The translations under genes and the position numbers were made by a program. Below are positions 1 to 14,742 of a DNA stretch of 64,000 nucleotides, one piece after another. The first letter of the stretch is position 1, and the number at the start of each line of letters is the position of its first letter. A model generated the notes under the pieces. The model did no database searches and was not told the DNA's origin. It saw only the letters and a list, made by a program, of their open reading frames with translations. This DNA comes from Macrostomum lignano (lineage: Eukaryota): the NCBI GenBank assembly GCA_002269645.1, contig NIVC01001304.1, positions 62,001-126,000 on the forward strand. Reading direction: 5' to 3'.

Positions 1-179
1 TCTGGACTTGGCAACTCAATCAAGCATGCAAAACAATTTTATTTTATTTTGGAATTCTCACTCTATGGATTTGTGTTCCTCCTCGGCATCCATATTCTCC
101 CTATTTCCAGCATCGCTTACTTCCCATTCTCACTGGTCTGATACCAATTCCTCCTAATCACATCACTGCCTGGTCCCAC

Positions 180-2050
180 ACTCCCCGTTCCCATCACTCC
201 CCGATCCCATCACTCTTTGATCCTATCACTCCTTGATCCCATCACTCCATGATCCCCTCACTCCATGATCCCATCACTCCCTGATCCCATCACTCCCTGA
301 TCCAATTACTCCCTGATCCAATTACTCCCTGATCCCATCACTCCCTGATCCCATCACTCCCTGATCCCATCACTCCCTGATCCAATTACTCCCTGATCCC
401 ATCACTCCATGATCCCCTCACTCCCTGATCCCATCACTCCCTGATCCCATCACTCCATGATCCCCTCACTCCCTGATCCCATCACTCCCTGATCCCATCA
501 CTCCCTGATCCCATCACTCCCTGATCCAATTACTCCCTGATCCCATCACTCCATGATCCCCTCACTCCCTGATCCCATCACTCCCTGATCCAATTACTCC
601 CTGATCCCATTACTACCTGATCCCATCACTCCTTGATCCCATCACTCCATGATCCCATCACTCCCTGATCCCATCACTCCCTGATCCAATTACTCCCTGA
701 TCCAATTACTCCCTGATCCCATCACTCCCTGATCCCATCACTCCCTGATCCCACCACTCCCTGATCCAATTACTCCCTGATCCCATCACTCTTTGATCCT
801 ATCATTCCTTGATCCCATCACTCCATGATCCCCTCACTCCATGATCCCATCACTCCCTGATCCCATCACTCCCTGATCCAATTACTCCCTGATCCAATTA
901 CTCCCTGATCCCATCACTCCCTGATCCCATCACTCCCTGATCCCACCACTCCCTGATCCAATTACTCCCTGATCCCATCACTCTTTGATCCTATCATTCC
1001 TTGATCCCATCACTCCATGATCCCCTCACTCCATGATCCCATCACTCCCTGATCCCATCACTCCCTGATCCAATTACTCCCTGATCCAATTACTCCCTGA
1101 TCCCATCACTCCCTGATCCCATCACTCCCTGATCCCATCACTCCCTGATCCAATTACTCCCTGATCCCATCACTCCATGATCCCCTCACTCCCTGATCCC
1201 ATCACTCCCTGATCCCATCACTCCATGATCCCCTCACTCCCTGATCCCATCACTCCCTGATCCCATCACTCCCTGATCCCATCACTCCCTGATCCAATTA
1301 CTCCCTGATCCCATCACTCCATGATCCCCTCACTCCCTGATCCCATCACTCCCTGATCCAATTACTCCCTGATCCCATTACTACCTGATCCCATCACTCC
1401 TTGATCCCATCACTCCATGATCCCATCACTCCCTGATCCCATCACTCCCTGATCCAATTACTCCCTGATCCAATTACTCCCTGATCCCATCACTCCCTGA
1501 TCCCATCACTCCCTGATCCCACCACTCCCTGATCCAATTACTCCCTGATCCCATCACTCCCTGATCCCATCACTCCCTGATCCCATCACTCCCTGATCCA
1601 ATTACTCCCTGATCCCATCACTCCATGATCCCCTCACTCCCTGATCCCATCACTCCCTGATCCCATCACTCCCTGATCCAATTACTCCATGATCCCATCA
1701 CTCCATGATCCAATTACTCCCTGATCCCATTACTACCTGATCCCATTACTACCTGATCCCATCACTCCATGATCCCCTCACTCCATGATCCCCTCACTCC
1801 CTGATCCCCTCACTCCATGATCCCCTCACTCCATGATCCCATCACTCCCTGATCCCATCACTCCCTGATCCCATCACTCCCTGATCCCATCACTCCCTGA
1901 TCCAATTACTCCCTGATCCCATTACTACCTGATCCCATTACTCCATGATCCCATCACTCCCTGATCCCATCACTCCCTGATCCCAGCACTCCCTGATCCC
2001 ATTACTACCTGATTCCATTACTCCTTGATCCCATTACTCCCTGATCCCAG
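180..2050. repeat. 16-bp minisatellite (ATCACTCCCTGATCCC) in SLC7 intron 1
   Basis: Direct reading of about 115 tandem units with variants; begins immediately past the exon-1 donor. Confidence 0.97.
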
Positions 2051-2057
2051 CACTCAC

Positions 2058-2511
2058 TGATGGCGCAGGCTCCGAGCAGCTTCGCGGCCCAGCCATCCGG
2101 CATGCAGGCGGTTTCTGGGAAGCCTCTGAGCACGTACTCGGCGAAGATAAGGGCGCTGGCTGCCGTGGGCACCGCGCACACCATGAAGAAGATCGTCCAC
2201 AGAGTAAGGAAGCCGATCAGCGGCCCGAAGGCCTCCTTGATGTAGATGTACTCGCCGCCGGACTTGGGGATGGCGACTCCCAGCTCGGCGTAGCACAGCG
2301 CGCCCAGGATGCTGAACACCCCGGAGGCCGCCCAGATGCACAGCGAGGCGCCCACCGACTTGACCTCGCGAATGACGCCAACGGGAGACAGGAAGATGCC
2401 GCTGCCGATGATGATGCCAACGATGACGGCCACCCCATGCATCAGCGTGAGTTCCTTCTTCAGAGCCACCCGCTGCTGCTGCTGCTGCTGCTGGGAACCT
2501 TCTGAAGCCAT
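2058..2511 (-). CDS. L-type/heteromeric amino acid transporter light chain (SLC7 family), first coding exon; rest lies left of the window
   Basis: LKKELTL..GVAVIVGIIIGSGIFLSP, GALCYAELG..IPKSGGEY.YI.EAFG motifs; GTGAGT donor at 2057-2052, phase 1. Confidence 0.93.
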
Positions 2512-2664
2512 GGCTTTGCCGTTGCTGCTGTGCTGCTGCTGTGCGCCCGCTGCTGAGTTCCCTGACTCTGCTGCTGCTTCTGGGGAAGCCTTCGAGTTGG
2601 AGGATGATGAGCCATTTTTTAATGCGAAGGTATGAGTACTGAGCAGTGTCTAGGCGTAATTCAT

Positions 2665-3310
2665 ATCCCAGATCCCATTGTGCTAAGATATCCCAGATCC
2701 CATTGAGACCAGATATCCCAGATCTTATTGAGTCAAGATATTTCAGATCCCATTGAGTCAAGATATCCCAGATCTTATTGAGTCAAGATATTTCAGGTCC
2801 CATTGAGTCAAGATATCCCAGATCTTATTGAGTCAAGATATCCCAGATCTTATTGAGTCAAGATATCCCAGATCTTATTGAGTCAAGATATCCCAGATCC
2901 CATTGAGTCAAGATATCCCAGATCCCTATTGAGTCAAGATATCCCAGATCCCTATTGAGTCAAGATATGCCAGATCCCATTGAGTCAAGATATCCCAGAT
3001 CTTATTGAGTCAAGATATCCCAGATCCGTATTGAGTCCAGATATCCCAAATCCCGTTGAGTTAAGATATCCCAGATCTTATTGAGTCCAGATATCCCAAA
3101 TCCCATTGAGGCAAGGTATCCCAGATCCCTATTGAGTCAAGATATGCCAGATCCCATTGAGTCAAGATATCCCAGATCCCATTGAGTCAAGATATCCCAG
3201 ATCCCATTGAGTCAAGATATGCCAGATCCCTATTGAGTCCAGATATCCCAAATATCATTGAGTCAAGATATGCCAGATCCCATTGAGTCAAGATATCCTA
3301 GATTCCCATT
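2665..3310. repeat. 25-bp minisatellite (GATATCCCAGATCCCATTGAGTCAA)
   Basis: Tandem units read directly. Confidence 0.95.
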
Positions 3311-4430
3311 GAAAGCAGTCTGCGAATTTCATTCAGTATCTTTAACTTTTCAGCGCTGTCTATTTTCTAGAAATGACCTTAAATAAAATTAAGTTGCCAG
3401 CATCACTGGGCCCGCCCACATCGAGCAATCAGTCAATTTGACAGACAGTGGATGAAGCACTGAAGCTGTGTTTCAGCTGTCTACAAAGCTTATTGAAAAG
3501 TGTCTGGAGATTTACAAACTGCGAGGCGCACAAGAGATTGGCAGGAGGGCCATTATTAATAAGCCGGGGCGATAAGGCCGGCCATAAAAGCCCTGGAGGC
3601 GCCCCCAGCTTGGCATGCGCCCGGGCCGTGCCAGCCCTGACCGGCGCTGTCGTACACCTTTCGGGGTCACCCCCCCGTTCTGAACGAGGCCTGGCCTCGA
3701 ATTTCAGGGGAGCCTGGACGGCATGCCGCTTCGTCATGACGGCGCGGTGCCCCGGACTGCCAGCTGTCACTCTCCCATGCAGACAGGGCCCCTGGCTCGT
3801 ATCTGCCGCCAGCCATTGTCGAGAGTGAGAGAAATCTACGCCTTGAGTTTACTTCAGTCAAAGTCCGGCAGCACTGGCTGATTTCCCGCGTAGTCACAGG
3901 GATTTCTCAGCTTATTGCACTTCCGCTGCGGTGTGCGGGCTTTCGATTCGGGCTCGTATCTGTGCAGTGGGCTGGCGTGGCTTCTCAGTACAGGGAACAG
4001 GCATTTCCTGGAAAGCGCGTTAGGTCCCTCCAATGACTGAGATAAGAAACTACAGAGGGAGCTCTGGACTGGGCTCACTGGGTGGGCTTGCAGTTATACG
4101 GGAACCCATTGAACTGGAGTCGCTTCCCTACTGCTTGAGCCGTGAGTCCATAACAGCTGCTTAAAGTGGACTGTAATGCACACTAGCAATAACTTTTAAT
4201 GCTAAGTGCTATTGTACAGAGGCAGTGCGCGAGCTACTGCTCTGCTTCTCCGGAATTCAGCACACGCAGACACATGTAGGAATGAGGGCTGAAGTGTTCT
4301 GCATGGCCTTGTCTGCTGAGTAGGGGCATCGGATACACGCCTGCGCGGGGGCACGGGGCGCATTGTAGCGAGTCAGCGGCAGTGCTGGCTCGGGCTGGGA
4401 GGGTTAATGGCCCTGCTTGAGATAGATACA

Positions 4431-4735
4431 GACAGGCATTGAGATGTGCAGTGACAGGCATTGAGATGTGCAGTGACAGGCATTGAGATGTGCAGTGACA
4501 GGCATTGAGATGTGCAGTGACAGGCATTGAGATGTGCAGTGACAGGCATTGAGATGTGCAGTGACAGGCATTGAGATGTGCAGTGACAGGCATTGAGATA
4601 TTCAGTGACAGGCATTGAGATATTCAGTGACAGGCATTGAGATATTCAGTGACAGGCATTGAGATTTGCTGTGACAGGCATTGAGATATGCAGTGACAGG
4701 CATTGAGATATGCTGTGACAGGCATTGAGATATTG
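4431..4735. repeat. 22-bp minisatellite (GTGACAGGCATTGAGATGTGCA)
   Basis: Tandem units read directly. Confidence 0.95.
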
Positions 4736-5697
4736 AGAAGCACTCAGGCCGCACTGATCTGCCCCCTACTCACCAAGAAGTAAAAATTCTCTTCTGAATG
4801 TGGGATTGTCCTCAGCTGCGACTCGAAATCAGGTGGACAGCTTCGGCAAGCGGCAACGGATATTCGTGGAAAATGCTAATCGGTGCGGTCGAGACCCTCA
4901 AAATCCAAGGCGCTGCGAGTTTATGGCCGCCGCTGCCGCCGCCACCCGCCGAGCCGCACCACTCGGGGCCGCGCGATTGGCTGGCTCAAGAAGCCCCTCG
5001 CGGTTTCTGCATTTTAGACTACGATTCGCTTAACTACTTATAGTAGCTTGAACGGACGTCATTTAGTAAAAAAATCGATCAAGTCAGACTCAAGTATTGC
5101 TTAGCTGCTCTTGTGGTTTGTGTACTTTTTTGAAGGCTGAGTTTTTCCGCATCAAAAGCATTAAAACAGCAAGGACAACCAGGCTACTTGGAACCTGTTA
5201 CGGCCAGGTCATAGTTTAGTGGTCCTTGTAATACAACTAGTAACAGTGTAACGTTTTCAACACAAACATTTTGTAGTCAGTTTTAGGCAGGAGTATCTTT
5301 ATGACAGAATCAGCCATAGGCTTCATATTTTCGCATTCAACTATGGAATTGGCAATGAAAGCAATCAGAATGTGTCCAGCGAAAGGGTTAAGTATTCTTT
5401 ATACTATTGAGCACCATTTTAGACAGTTCGAAAAAGATGCTCAAAAAAAGAATTTAAATTGACTCAGGAAAAGAGCACCTGCTACTCGGGTCATTAATAT
5501 TGCTTTATTCTTACAGAAGAATGGTCAGTGAATATTCTTCTTACAATCTTCCTCAGTGCTGCATTCTACAAAATTGAAATCGTTTTCTCTTGAACCACTG
5601 ACTTCAATAAAAATTCTCTGGATTGGAGACTGCATAGCGCTCGAATCATTGCATTAATTATCGCTTTTAGAAATTCTGTTTGCGATGCCTCCATTTT

Positions 5698-6966
5698 AAA
5701 GTGGCACAATCGATTGAAAGTGGCACAATCGATTGAAAGTGGAGCAGTTGATTGAAAGTGGCACAATTGATTGAAAGTGGCACAGTTGATTGAAAGTGGC
5801 ACCATCGATTGAAAGTGGCACAGTTGATTGAAAGTGGCGCAGTTGATTGAAAGTGGCACAGTTGATTGAAAGTGGCACAGTTGATTGAAAGTGGCACAAT
5901 CGATTGAAAGTGGCACAGTTGATTGAAAGTGGCACAGTTGATTGAAAGTGGCACAATCGATTGAAAGTGGCGCAGTTGATTGAAAGTGGCCCAGTTGATT
6001 GAAAGTGGCACAATCGATTGAAAGTGGCACAGTTGATTGAAAGTGGCACAATCGATTGAAAGTGGCACAATCGATTGAAAGTGGCACAGTTGATTGAAAG
6101 TGGCACAATCGATTGAAAGTGGCACAATCGATTGAAAGTGGCACAGTTGATTGAAAGTGGCACAATCGATTGAAAGTGGCACAATCGATTGAAAGTGGCA
6201 CAGTTGATTGAAAGTGGCACAATCGATTGAAAGTGGCACAGTTGATTGAAAGTGGCACAGTTGATTGAAAGTGGCACAGTTGATTGAAAGTGGCACAGTT
6301 GATTGAAAGTGGCACAGTTGATTGAAAGTGGCACAGTTGATTGAAAGTGGCACAGTTGATTGAAAGTGGCGCAGTTGATTGAAAGTGGCACAGTTGATTG
6401 AAAGTGGCACAGTTGATTGAAAGTGGCACAGTTGATTGAAAGTGGCACAGTTGATTGAAAGTGGCGCAGTTGATTGAAAGTGGCACAGTTGATTGAAAGT
6501 GGCACAGTTGATTGAAAGTGGCACAATTGATTGAAAGTGGCACAGTTGATTGAAAGTGGCACAGTTGATTGAAAGTGGCACAGTTGATTGAAAGTGGCAC
6601 CATCGATTGAAAGTGGAGCAGTTGATTGAAAGTGGCACAATTGATTGAAAGTGGCACAGTTGATTGAAAGTGGCACAGTTGATTGAAAGTGGCGCAGTTG
6701 ATTGAAAGTGGCACAGTTGATTGAAAGTGGCACAATTGATTGAAAGTGGCACAGTTGATTGAAAGTGGCACAGTTGATTGAAAGTGGCGCAGTTGATTGA
6801 AAGTGGCACAATTGATTGAAAGTGGCCCAGTTGATTGAAAGTGGCACAATTGATTGAAAGTGGCCCAGTTGATTGAAAGTGGCACAATTGATTGAAAGTG
6901 GCACAATTGATTGAAAGTGGCACAGTTGATTGAAAGTGGCACCATCGATTGAAAGTGGCACAATTG
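5698..6966. repeat. 19-bp minisatellite (GATTGAAAGTGGCACAGTT)
   Basis: About 66 tandem units; explains the three long repetitive minus-strand ORFs. Confidence 0.97.
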
Positions 6967-7311
6967 GTGCACTCAAAAAGCTCTCAGCAGTACCAACTCA
7001 CCATGCCAAGTACTCAATGCAAACTGGTCTCCACGTGGCTCGCTGCCTCGAGTTTTCGGGCTTTGCACAGTTGCTGTCCGGTCCAGACTGTTACGGCGGC
7101 TTTTCAGGTCCCCTGTGGTGGGGTGGGGGTTGCGAGCTCGGGCTGTAAAAACTCTGTTGTGGGCTTCATTGTTCTGAGCAGAGAGCGGGAAGAGAGAGAG
7201 AGTGAGACTTTAGAAAATAGTGAGTCAGGCTGGAGGGGCAGAGAGCCAGTCAGAGGTCGGCAGCCTCCCTCACTCCAGCTGCATCTGTAAAGTGCCATAG
7301 GCGTGATAAAA

Positions 7312-7889
7312 AACCTCTTCTCTTACCGCTTAACCTTTTCTCTTACCGCTTAACCTTTTCTCTTACCGCTTAACCTTTTCTCTTACCGCTTAACCTTTTC
7401 TCTTACCGCTTAACCTTTTCTCTTACCGCTTAACCTTTTCTCTCACCGCTTAACCTTTTCTCTCACCGCTTAACCTCTTCTCCTACAGCTTAACCTCTTC
7501 TCCTACCGCTTAACCTCTTCTCCTACCGCTTAACCTCTTCTCCTACCGCTTAACCTTTTCTCTTACCGCTTAACCTCTTCTCCTACCGCTTAACCTTTTC
7601 TCTTACCGCTTAACCTCTTCTCCTACCGCTTAACCTCTTCTCCTACCGCTTAACCTTTTCTCTTACCGCTTAACCTCTTCTCCTACCGCTTAACCTCTTC
7701 TCCTACCGCTTAACCTCTTCTCCTACCGCTTAACCTCTTCTCCTACCGCTTAACCTCTTCTCCTACCGCTTAACCTTTTCTCTTACCGCTTAACCTCTTC
7801 TCCTACCGCTTAACCTCTTCTCCTACCGCTTAACCTCTTCTCCTACCGCTTAACCTTTTCTCTTACCGCTTAACCTCTTCACTAACCGC
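7312..7889. repeat. 20-bp minisatellite (TTAACCTTTTCTCTTACCGC)
   Basis: Tandem units read directly. Confidence 0.95.
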
Positions 7890-8242
7890 TGTATCTGCCG
7901 CTTGCCTTTTTATGAAAAGAGGCAGCTCGTACTTACCAAGTCAAGTTTTCTTAATCCAAAATTGCTGTTCTGAAGCCTGCGGTTCCTCTCCTCTTTATCC
8001 AAGCCATAAAAACGGCCAAATTCAGTTTTATGGAGTTCGCCTGCCAACGTTTCAGCGGGGCTGGAAGTGTTTATTTACAGCATGTAAAGTAGAGTTTTTA
8101 ATAAATTAATAAATATTGGCGTGTTTCAACTCGACATAATAACCGGCGACCGCTCGGAATGCTTGCGGCACCCACTGCCTGTTACTGGTTTCAACTGGAA
8201 ACGCTTAAAATGGGTATTTGACAGTTTTACAGTTTAGCGAAC

Positions 8243-8798
<556 letters not shown>

Positions 8799-10084
8799 TA
8801 GAAGAGCAAGCGGAGTGCGATGTGACCGCTGAGTTCCCGCAGCTCGCAGCCCGCCGGCCCGTGAGAAAATTGATCCCACAACCGCAGGCGGAGGCGGGCG
8901 GCTGTCAGCATAAAACGAGGTGCCTTTGCAGGGCATTAAAATGCATGAGCTCGCCCCATTTGGCAACAATTCTGCCGCCCGAAAGCAGTTGGACAGCAAA
9001 AATGCTTCGCCTCGGGCGGGCCGTGGACCAGCTTGGGGGAGGAGACTGGATCGGCGGCGAAGCACGCCCAGAGAATAATTCTCCCTGTCAAATGACTGAT
9101 GGGCTGCGGCTGTCAGAGGCACGCGGATGAGTCGCATCACAAGCTCTCCGGGTCCTCAATTTCCTTGGCTTCGAGTGTCCCCTACCCAAATATGCCATGC
9201 ACCTGTATTAGCTCAGCATTCACCAAAGTACAAAGCGTCTTAAGATCATTGCTAAAAGTCTATTATAATTTGATTTTGTTAGAGGCCATGGACGCCAACA
9301 AGCGCATGCAGGCTGATCGTCCTCCAGCCCGTAGCCAGGGGAGCCCAGCGCTGCTTATTCCCACTTCAAACAGCAGCTGGAGAGCGGCGGGCCCAGGCTG
9401 GGCAAACACGGCAGGCCACACTCGGGTGAGATGATGCTCCTCTGCTCAGGCTGGAGCAGTGCTCAAGTGAATTGGAGGAGGTGGCTGACAACAGATGGCC
9501 GCCCGCAGCTCTGGTCGCAGGCCGCTTGCACTTTCCCCTCTCCCCGCCGGTGTCCCACTTGCGAGACCGGCCAGGTCTCTGCTGCTGCGAAAATGGAGCT
9601 GTCCGAGACCGCCTGTCCGGCTACTCGGCCAATAATCTGAAGAGCTTCGCCCAGAATCTGAGCGCCATCAATTTGAGTCTCCGATCTCTCTCAGTTTATT
9701 TATTGCATTTTTGCTGATGGAGCTCTTCGCTTTAAGAATTTTTCAAATAGAGACGCGAAGGATCAAGATAATAAAAGTACATCGCGGACAGCTAGCTGGG
9801 TTTACATGGGCTGGCCAAGTGCGAGCTGTCAGAGGCATCACCTCAGCTCAATCGAACTCAAACTGCCGCACGACAGGCCTGACAAAAAAGGTTGAAATGG
9901 GACTCGCACAGGAGTGAAATTTAACACAGGGGAATGAAAATTGGGCTTGCAGCAGGCTGCCTGTGACAGCTTTGAGCCCCGGCTGACTCCGCTCTGCCCG
10001 ATGTCGCTCCAATCTCGAATATCTCACCTCCCTCTTGTTCCCTTCTCCATTATCCGATTCCCGATTGCACTAGTTTCCCTGCCG

Positions 10085-10558
10085 CTACTTCTAACCCGTC
10101 TGTTTCTCACACGTCTACTTCTCACCCGTCTACTTCTCAACCATCTACTTCTCAACCCTCTACTTCTCAACCCTCTACTTCTAACCCGTCTGTTTCTTAC
10201 ACGTCTACTTCTCACCCGTCTACTTCTCAACCCTCTACTTCTCAACCATCTACTTCTCAACCCTCTACTTCTCACCCGTCTACCTCTCAACCCTCTACTT
10301 CTAACCCGTTTACTTCTCAACCTTCTAGTTGTCACCCATCTACTTCCTTACCCTCTACTTCTCACCGGTCTACTTCTCAACCCTCTACTTCTCACCCGTC
10401 TACTTCTCAACCTTCTACTTGTCACCCATCTAATTCCTTACCCTCTACTTCTCACCCGTTTATTTCTCAACCCTCTACTTCTCACCGGTCTACTTCTCAA
10501 CCCTCTGCTTCTCACCCGTTTACTTCTCAACCCTCTACTTCTCACCCGTCTACTTCTC
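10085..10558. repeat. 15-bp minisatellite (CTACTTCTCAACCCT)
   Basis: Tandem units read directly. Confidence 0.93.
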
Positions 10559-10922
10559 CCCTTCTTGTGCGTTTCTTTTTCTCGCCCCTCTACTCCTTAC
10601 TCCATGGATAATGTATTCTAGATAGAACATAGATAGTCAGCTTGTAGACAATCTTTGATTTGGGATCCACGCTTTCTCGCTCAGCATAAAACACCGCCTT
10701 CATACTTCAATTTGCTTGTACATACTTCTCTCTACCCTCCTCCAGTTCCTCTGAATCTCACCCTTAACTCCAACCTGTCTAACTCTTCAATCCTTCAAGT
10801 TCTCCTACATAGAAAAAACCCGACGCAGCAAAAGGTATCCCCAATGTCAGTAAAATTGCAGTCCTCAGAATTCAAGCAAAAATGTAACGGAAACTCAAAT
10901 CCCGAACGCGATGGCTGAGCGC

Positions 10923-11891
10923 TCAGCGGGGCCGCAGCTGCAGCAGCTCAACTCCCTGCTGCTCCTCCGGTGCCGCTTCGCTGCGCGATAGCAGCTTCTG
11001 GCGAGTCGAGGCGACCTCCATGGCTGCCGCCCCCTCCGGTCGCTGGCTGACGCCAGCTGTGCCGCCGCCGCCGCCGCCGCCACCGGCCGTCCGGTCGGCG
11101 CGCGTTTCGACGTCGCTGCGGCGCAGAAAAACGCGGCGAAATTCGGCGCGAAACGCCGAGTTGAAGAAGCCGTAGAGCAGCGGGTTGAGGCAGGCTGGCA
11201 GCAGGATGAGCAGCAGCGGCGAGAACTCAGCCAGCACCGAGCGGGCGCCGCTGACCGCCGCGCCGCCGTCGCCCTGGCCAAGACCGACAAGGCTCATCCA
11301 GTCATCCGCCGGATCCTCTGAAGACCCGTTGTTGGCGGCCAGGCTCACTCGGATGTCCGCGATGTCGTGGTAGAGGTTCGAGACAGTCAGCGGCAGCCAG
11401 GATACGGCGAAGGCGACGGCGATGACCGCCAGTACCAGGTTGGCGCGGCGGCCGCGGCGCCGTTCCGCGCGCGCTCGCTGGCGCTGATAGTCCGTGGTGA
11501 TCGCAAGGCCCGTGCCGGCAGTGGGGGCGGCAGCGGAGTCGGCGGAGCCCACGGGCAGCTGGCCGTGCCGGCGGCGCACCTTCTCATTCAGACGGCGGCA
11601 GAGGAGGCCATAGGCGATGCTGACGGTGCACAGCGGCACCAGATATTGGAACAGCAGCGCTACACCGCAACTGTAGGCTGCCTTCCACACCTTCACGGTC
11701 GGGCTGGTGGTCATCTCGGTGCAGAGCAGCCGCGGCCGGCTCTCGTGCGAGATCCACGATTTGGTGATGGTGGCGAAATAGGCCAGCGGGGAGGCGAGCG
11801 CGGCGGCCAGCAGCCACATGGCGGCTATCCAGATGGCGGCCCGGCGGCGCCGGTGCTTCTCGTCGGGTCGCCATCCAACTCGATTGATCAC
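10923..11891 (-). CDS. Class A peptide GPCR, NPY/NPF-receptor-like, exon 2 (TM4-TM7, C-tail)
   Basis: WLLAAALASP (TM4), LFQYLVPL (TM5), FAVSWLPL (TM6), CLNPLLYGFFNSAFRAEF (TM7/helix 8); acceptor TCTCAG at 11897-11892, phase 0. Confidence 0.93.
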   Translation of the reverse strand: MINRVGWRPDEKHRRRRAAIWIAAMWLLAAALASPLAYFATITKSWISHESRPRLLCTEMTTSPTVKVWKAAYSCGVALLFQYLVPLCTVSIAYGLLCRRLNEKVRRRHGQLPVGSADSAAAPTAGTGLAITTDYQRQRARAERRRGRRANLVLAVIAVAFAVSWLPLTVSNLYHDIADIRVSLAANNGSSEDPADDWMSLVGLGQGDGGAAVSGARSVLAEFSPLLLILLPACLNPLLYGFFNSAFRAEFRRVFLRRSDVETRADRTAGGGGGGGGTAGVSQRPEGAAAMEVASTRQKLLSRSEAAPEEQQGVELLQLRPR

Positions 11892-11898
11892 CTGAGAT

Positions 11899-12508
<610 letters not shown>

Positions 12509-13351
12509 CACTGCAGAGGGCAGGCTGATAGCTGATAAATGCCAATCTAAACTGCCCTCTCCCCAGCCAATTCCCATGGACCCGAAGCCCAGTTACAGAG
12601 ACAGCCGCAGCTTCAATCAGATCAGACTGGGGATTCAATTACTGGCCCGTCGGCCAGCCGGGATTTCCCGCCGCACCGGCCGGAGAAAATCGACAGACGC
12701 GGCGGCGCTGGCTGCCAATTCTGGGGACCTCTCGAGAGCGGCAGCGGCAGGCAGAGAGCGGGGCCGACCAGAGAGGCCTTGGCGGCCATTTTCCCGATGC
12801 AAATTCAATTTCGGCCCGTCAGGCCGCGGCCGGTCACTCCAGCCAATCTGGGTCGCCGCCGCTGCCGCTGCCGCCACCAGGCCGAGGTGAGCGGCGAGCT
12901 CACGTGCGACCTCCGCCCGATCAATTAAAGCTGACCGCCTCATTTGACGGCGCTCTGCACTTTTACTGCCGCCTCCTCTCTGTAAGGCGCTGCCACTTCT
13001 TTTCGGTAAGGCGATCCCCGCTGCCCGAGGAGGGGAAGGCGGCCAAGAGTTCGTGGGGGGATTTATTTTTAGGAAGACAGGAAACGCCTGCTCAGCCTGA
13101 GCTCGACCCCTGAAGTCTATTGAACTAAAAATAAGCGCCATTCGGTTGCATTAGGCGCATGGGAGCTTTGACTGAGGGATAATGGAACTGCACAATGGGA
13201 TCACTCTCTGTCATAGAAATCCTCAGCGCGGGACATCTTTTCAAACAGACCAGCAGTGCATAGCGGGGGGAATAGGCAAAATGGGATGCTGGTGAGGCGT
13301 GTAGAGCATATTGAATTGTGCTGACAATGGAAAAGCCGATAAGCCTGCTAC

Positions 13352-13816
13352 CTGAAAGCGGTCCAGCGCGATGGCGATGATGGCGTAGGTGGACACAAAC
13401 ACGTTGACGCCAGTCAGCGTGTTCACCAGCTTGCACAGCGCCAAGCCGAAGTGCCAGCCGCTGTACCGTTGAAACAGCCGGACGATGTTGAGCGGCTGGG
13501 TAAAGCAGCAGAGCACGAGGTCGCTGAGCGCCAGGTTGGCGATGTACAGGTTGCCGCCCGTGCGCATGCGCCGGTTGCGCAGGAACAGCCCGACCACGGC
13601 CGCGTTGCCGAGGGCGCCGAACAGCAGGCAGACGGAGTACACCGCCACCGCCGCGTACAGGGCGGGCAGATGACGGCGCTCGGCGGCTTCGAACGCGGCC
13701 GAAGCGGCCTTGATGGCGTCGCTGTAGTTGCTGCAGGCCAGCTGGCGGATGACGCTGGCTACATCCACCGTGTCGCTTGGGGCCTCGTCCTGCTGGCTGA
13801 AGCAGCTCATGGCCAA
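13352..13816 (-). CDS. Class A peptide GPCR, NPY/NPF-receptor-like, exon 1 (N-term, TM1-TM3)
   Basis: GALGN (TM1), NLYIANLALSDL (TM2), W.FG..LCK, IALDRF; donor CAG|GTAGCA after 13352; joined protein about 477 aa. Confidence 0.93.
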
Positions 13817-14424
13817 GGAAGTCTTAGGGCGGCGGAGCTTTTCCAGGAATCGGGACGCAGTGGGGAGGTTTTGTCGCAGTGACGGCAGCGAGGGGCGGCG
13901 GCCTATTTATGCGGGGCCTGGGCTGAGAGGATCGCGTGGGCGATGCGGATTCAGAGACTGCAATTGGCTGGGCGGCCGTGGAGTTTGAAATGCAGCATCT
14001 GGAGGGGAAACTGGCAGCTTCATCATATACAGGCTCAAACTTATCACAGCTAGACGAAGCATTCTATCAAGAAGTTCTTGCATATAGTAAATTATATATA
14101 CTTATACTATATAAGTATAGCATATAGTAACTCAATCTCGTGACTTAAGTAGCGCAAGTTCTTCTGCACTCGCAAATATCCGACTCGAATGCAGTACCTG
14201 CCATGCCTTCCTGATACGAAGCTCCTGATACGAAGCTCATAATTTCGTCCGGTCTCATTAATCTTTGTTCGCCATCCCTAGTCTCTCAATTTCCTTACCC
14301 ATCCCTCTATATGGATGAATGTTCGACCCCCTGAAGTGATTGATACCGGCTAGCTGTCCGGCCAGCTGCCCAGCCAGCTCTCGCCTGTCCGAAATGCAAC
14401 GCTAAGTTTTGCTTTCCCGCAAAA

Positions 14425-14742
14425 GCCCCCCCCTCAGATCCTGAGCCCCCCCCCCCCCCAGATCCTGAGCCCCCTCATATCCTGAGCCCCCAGATCCTGA
14501 GCCCCCCCCCAGATCCTGAGCCCCCCTCAAATCCAGAGCCCCCCTCAGATCCTGAGCCCCCCTCAGATCCTGAGCCCCCAGATCCTGAGCCTCCCCCAGA
14601 TCCTGAGCCCCCCTCAGCTACTGAGCCCTCCCCCCTGATCCTGAGCCCCCTCAGCTACTGAGCCCTCCCCCCTGATCCTGAGCCTCCCTCAGCTACTGAG
14701 CCCTCCCCCCAGATCTTGAGCCCCCCAGATCCTGAGCCCCCA
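14425..14742. repeat. Variable-length (about 16-22 bp) minisatellite CAGATCCTGAGCCCCC(C)n
   Basis: Tandem units read directly. Confidence 0.9.

Noticed and set aside
5566-6976. Three 418-468-aa repetitive ORFs
   Set aside because: Translations of a 19-bp minisatellite cycling through all frames; no unique coding sequence
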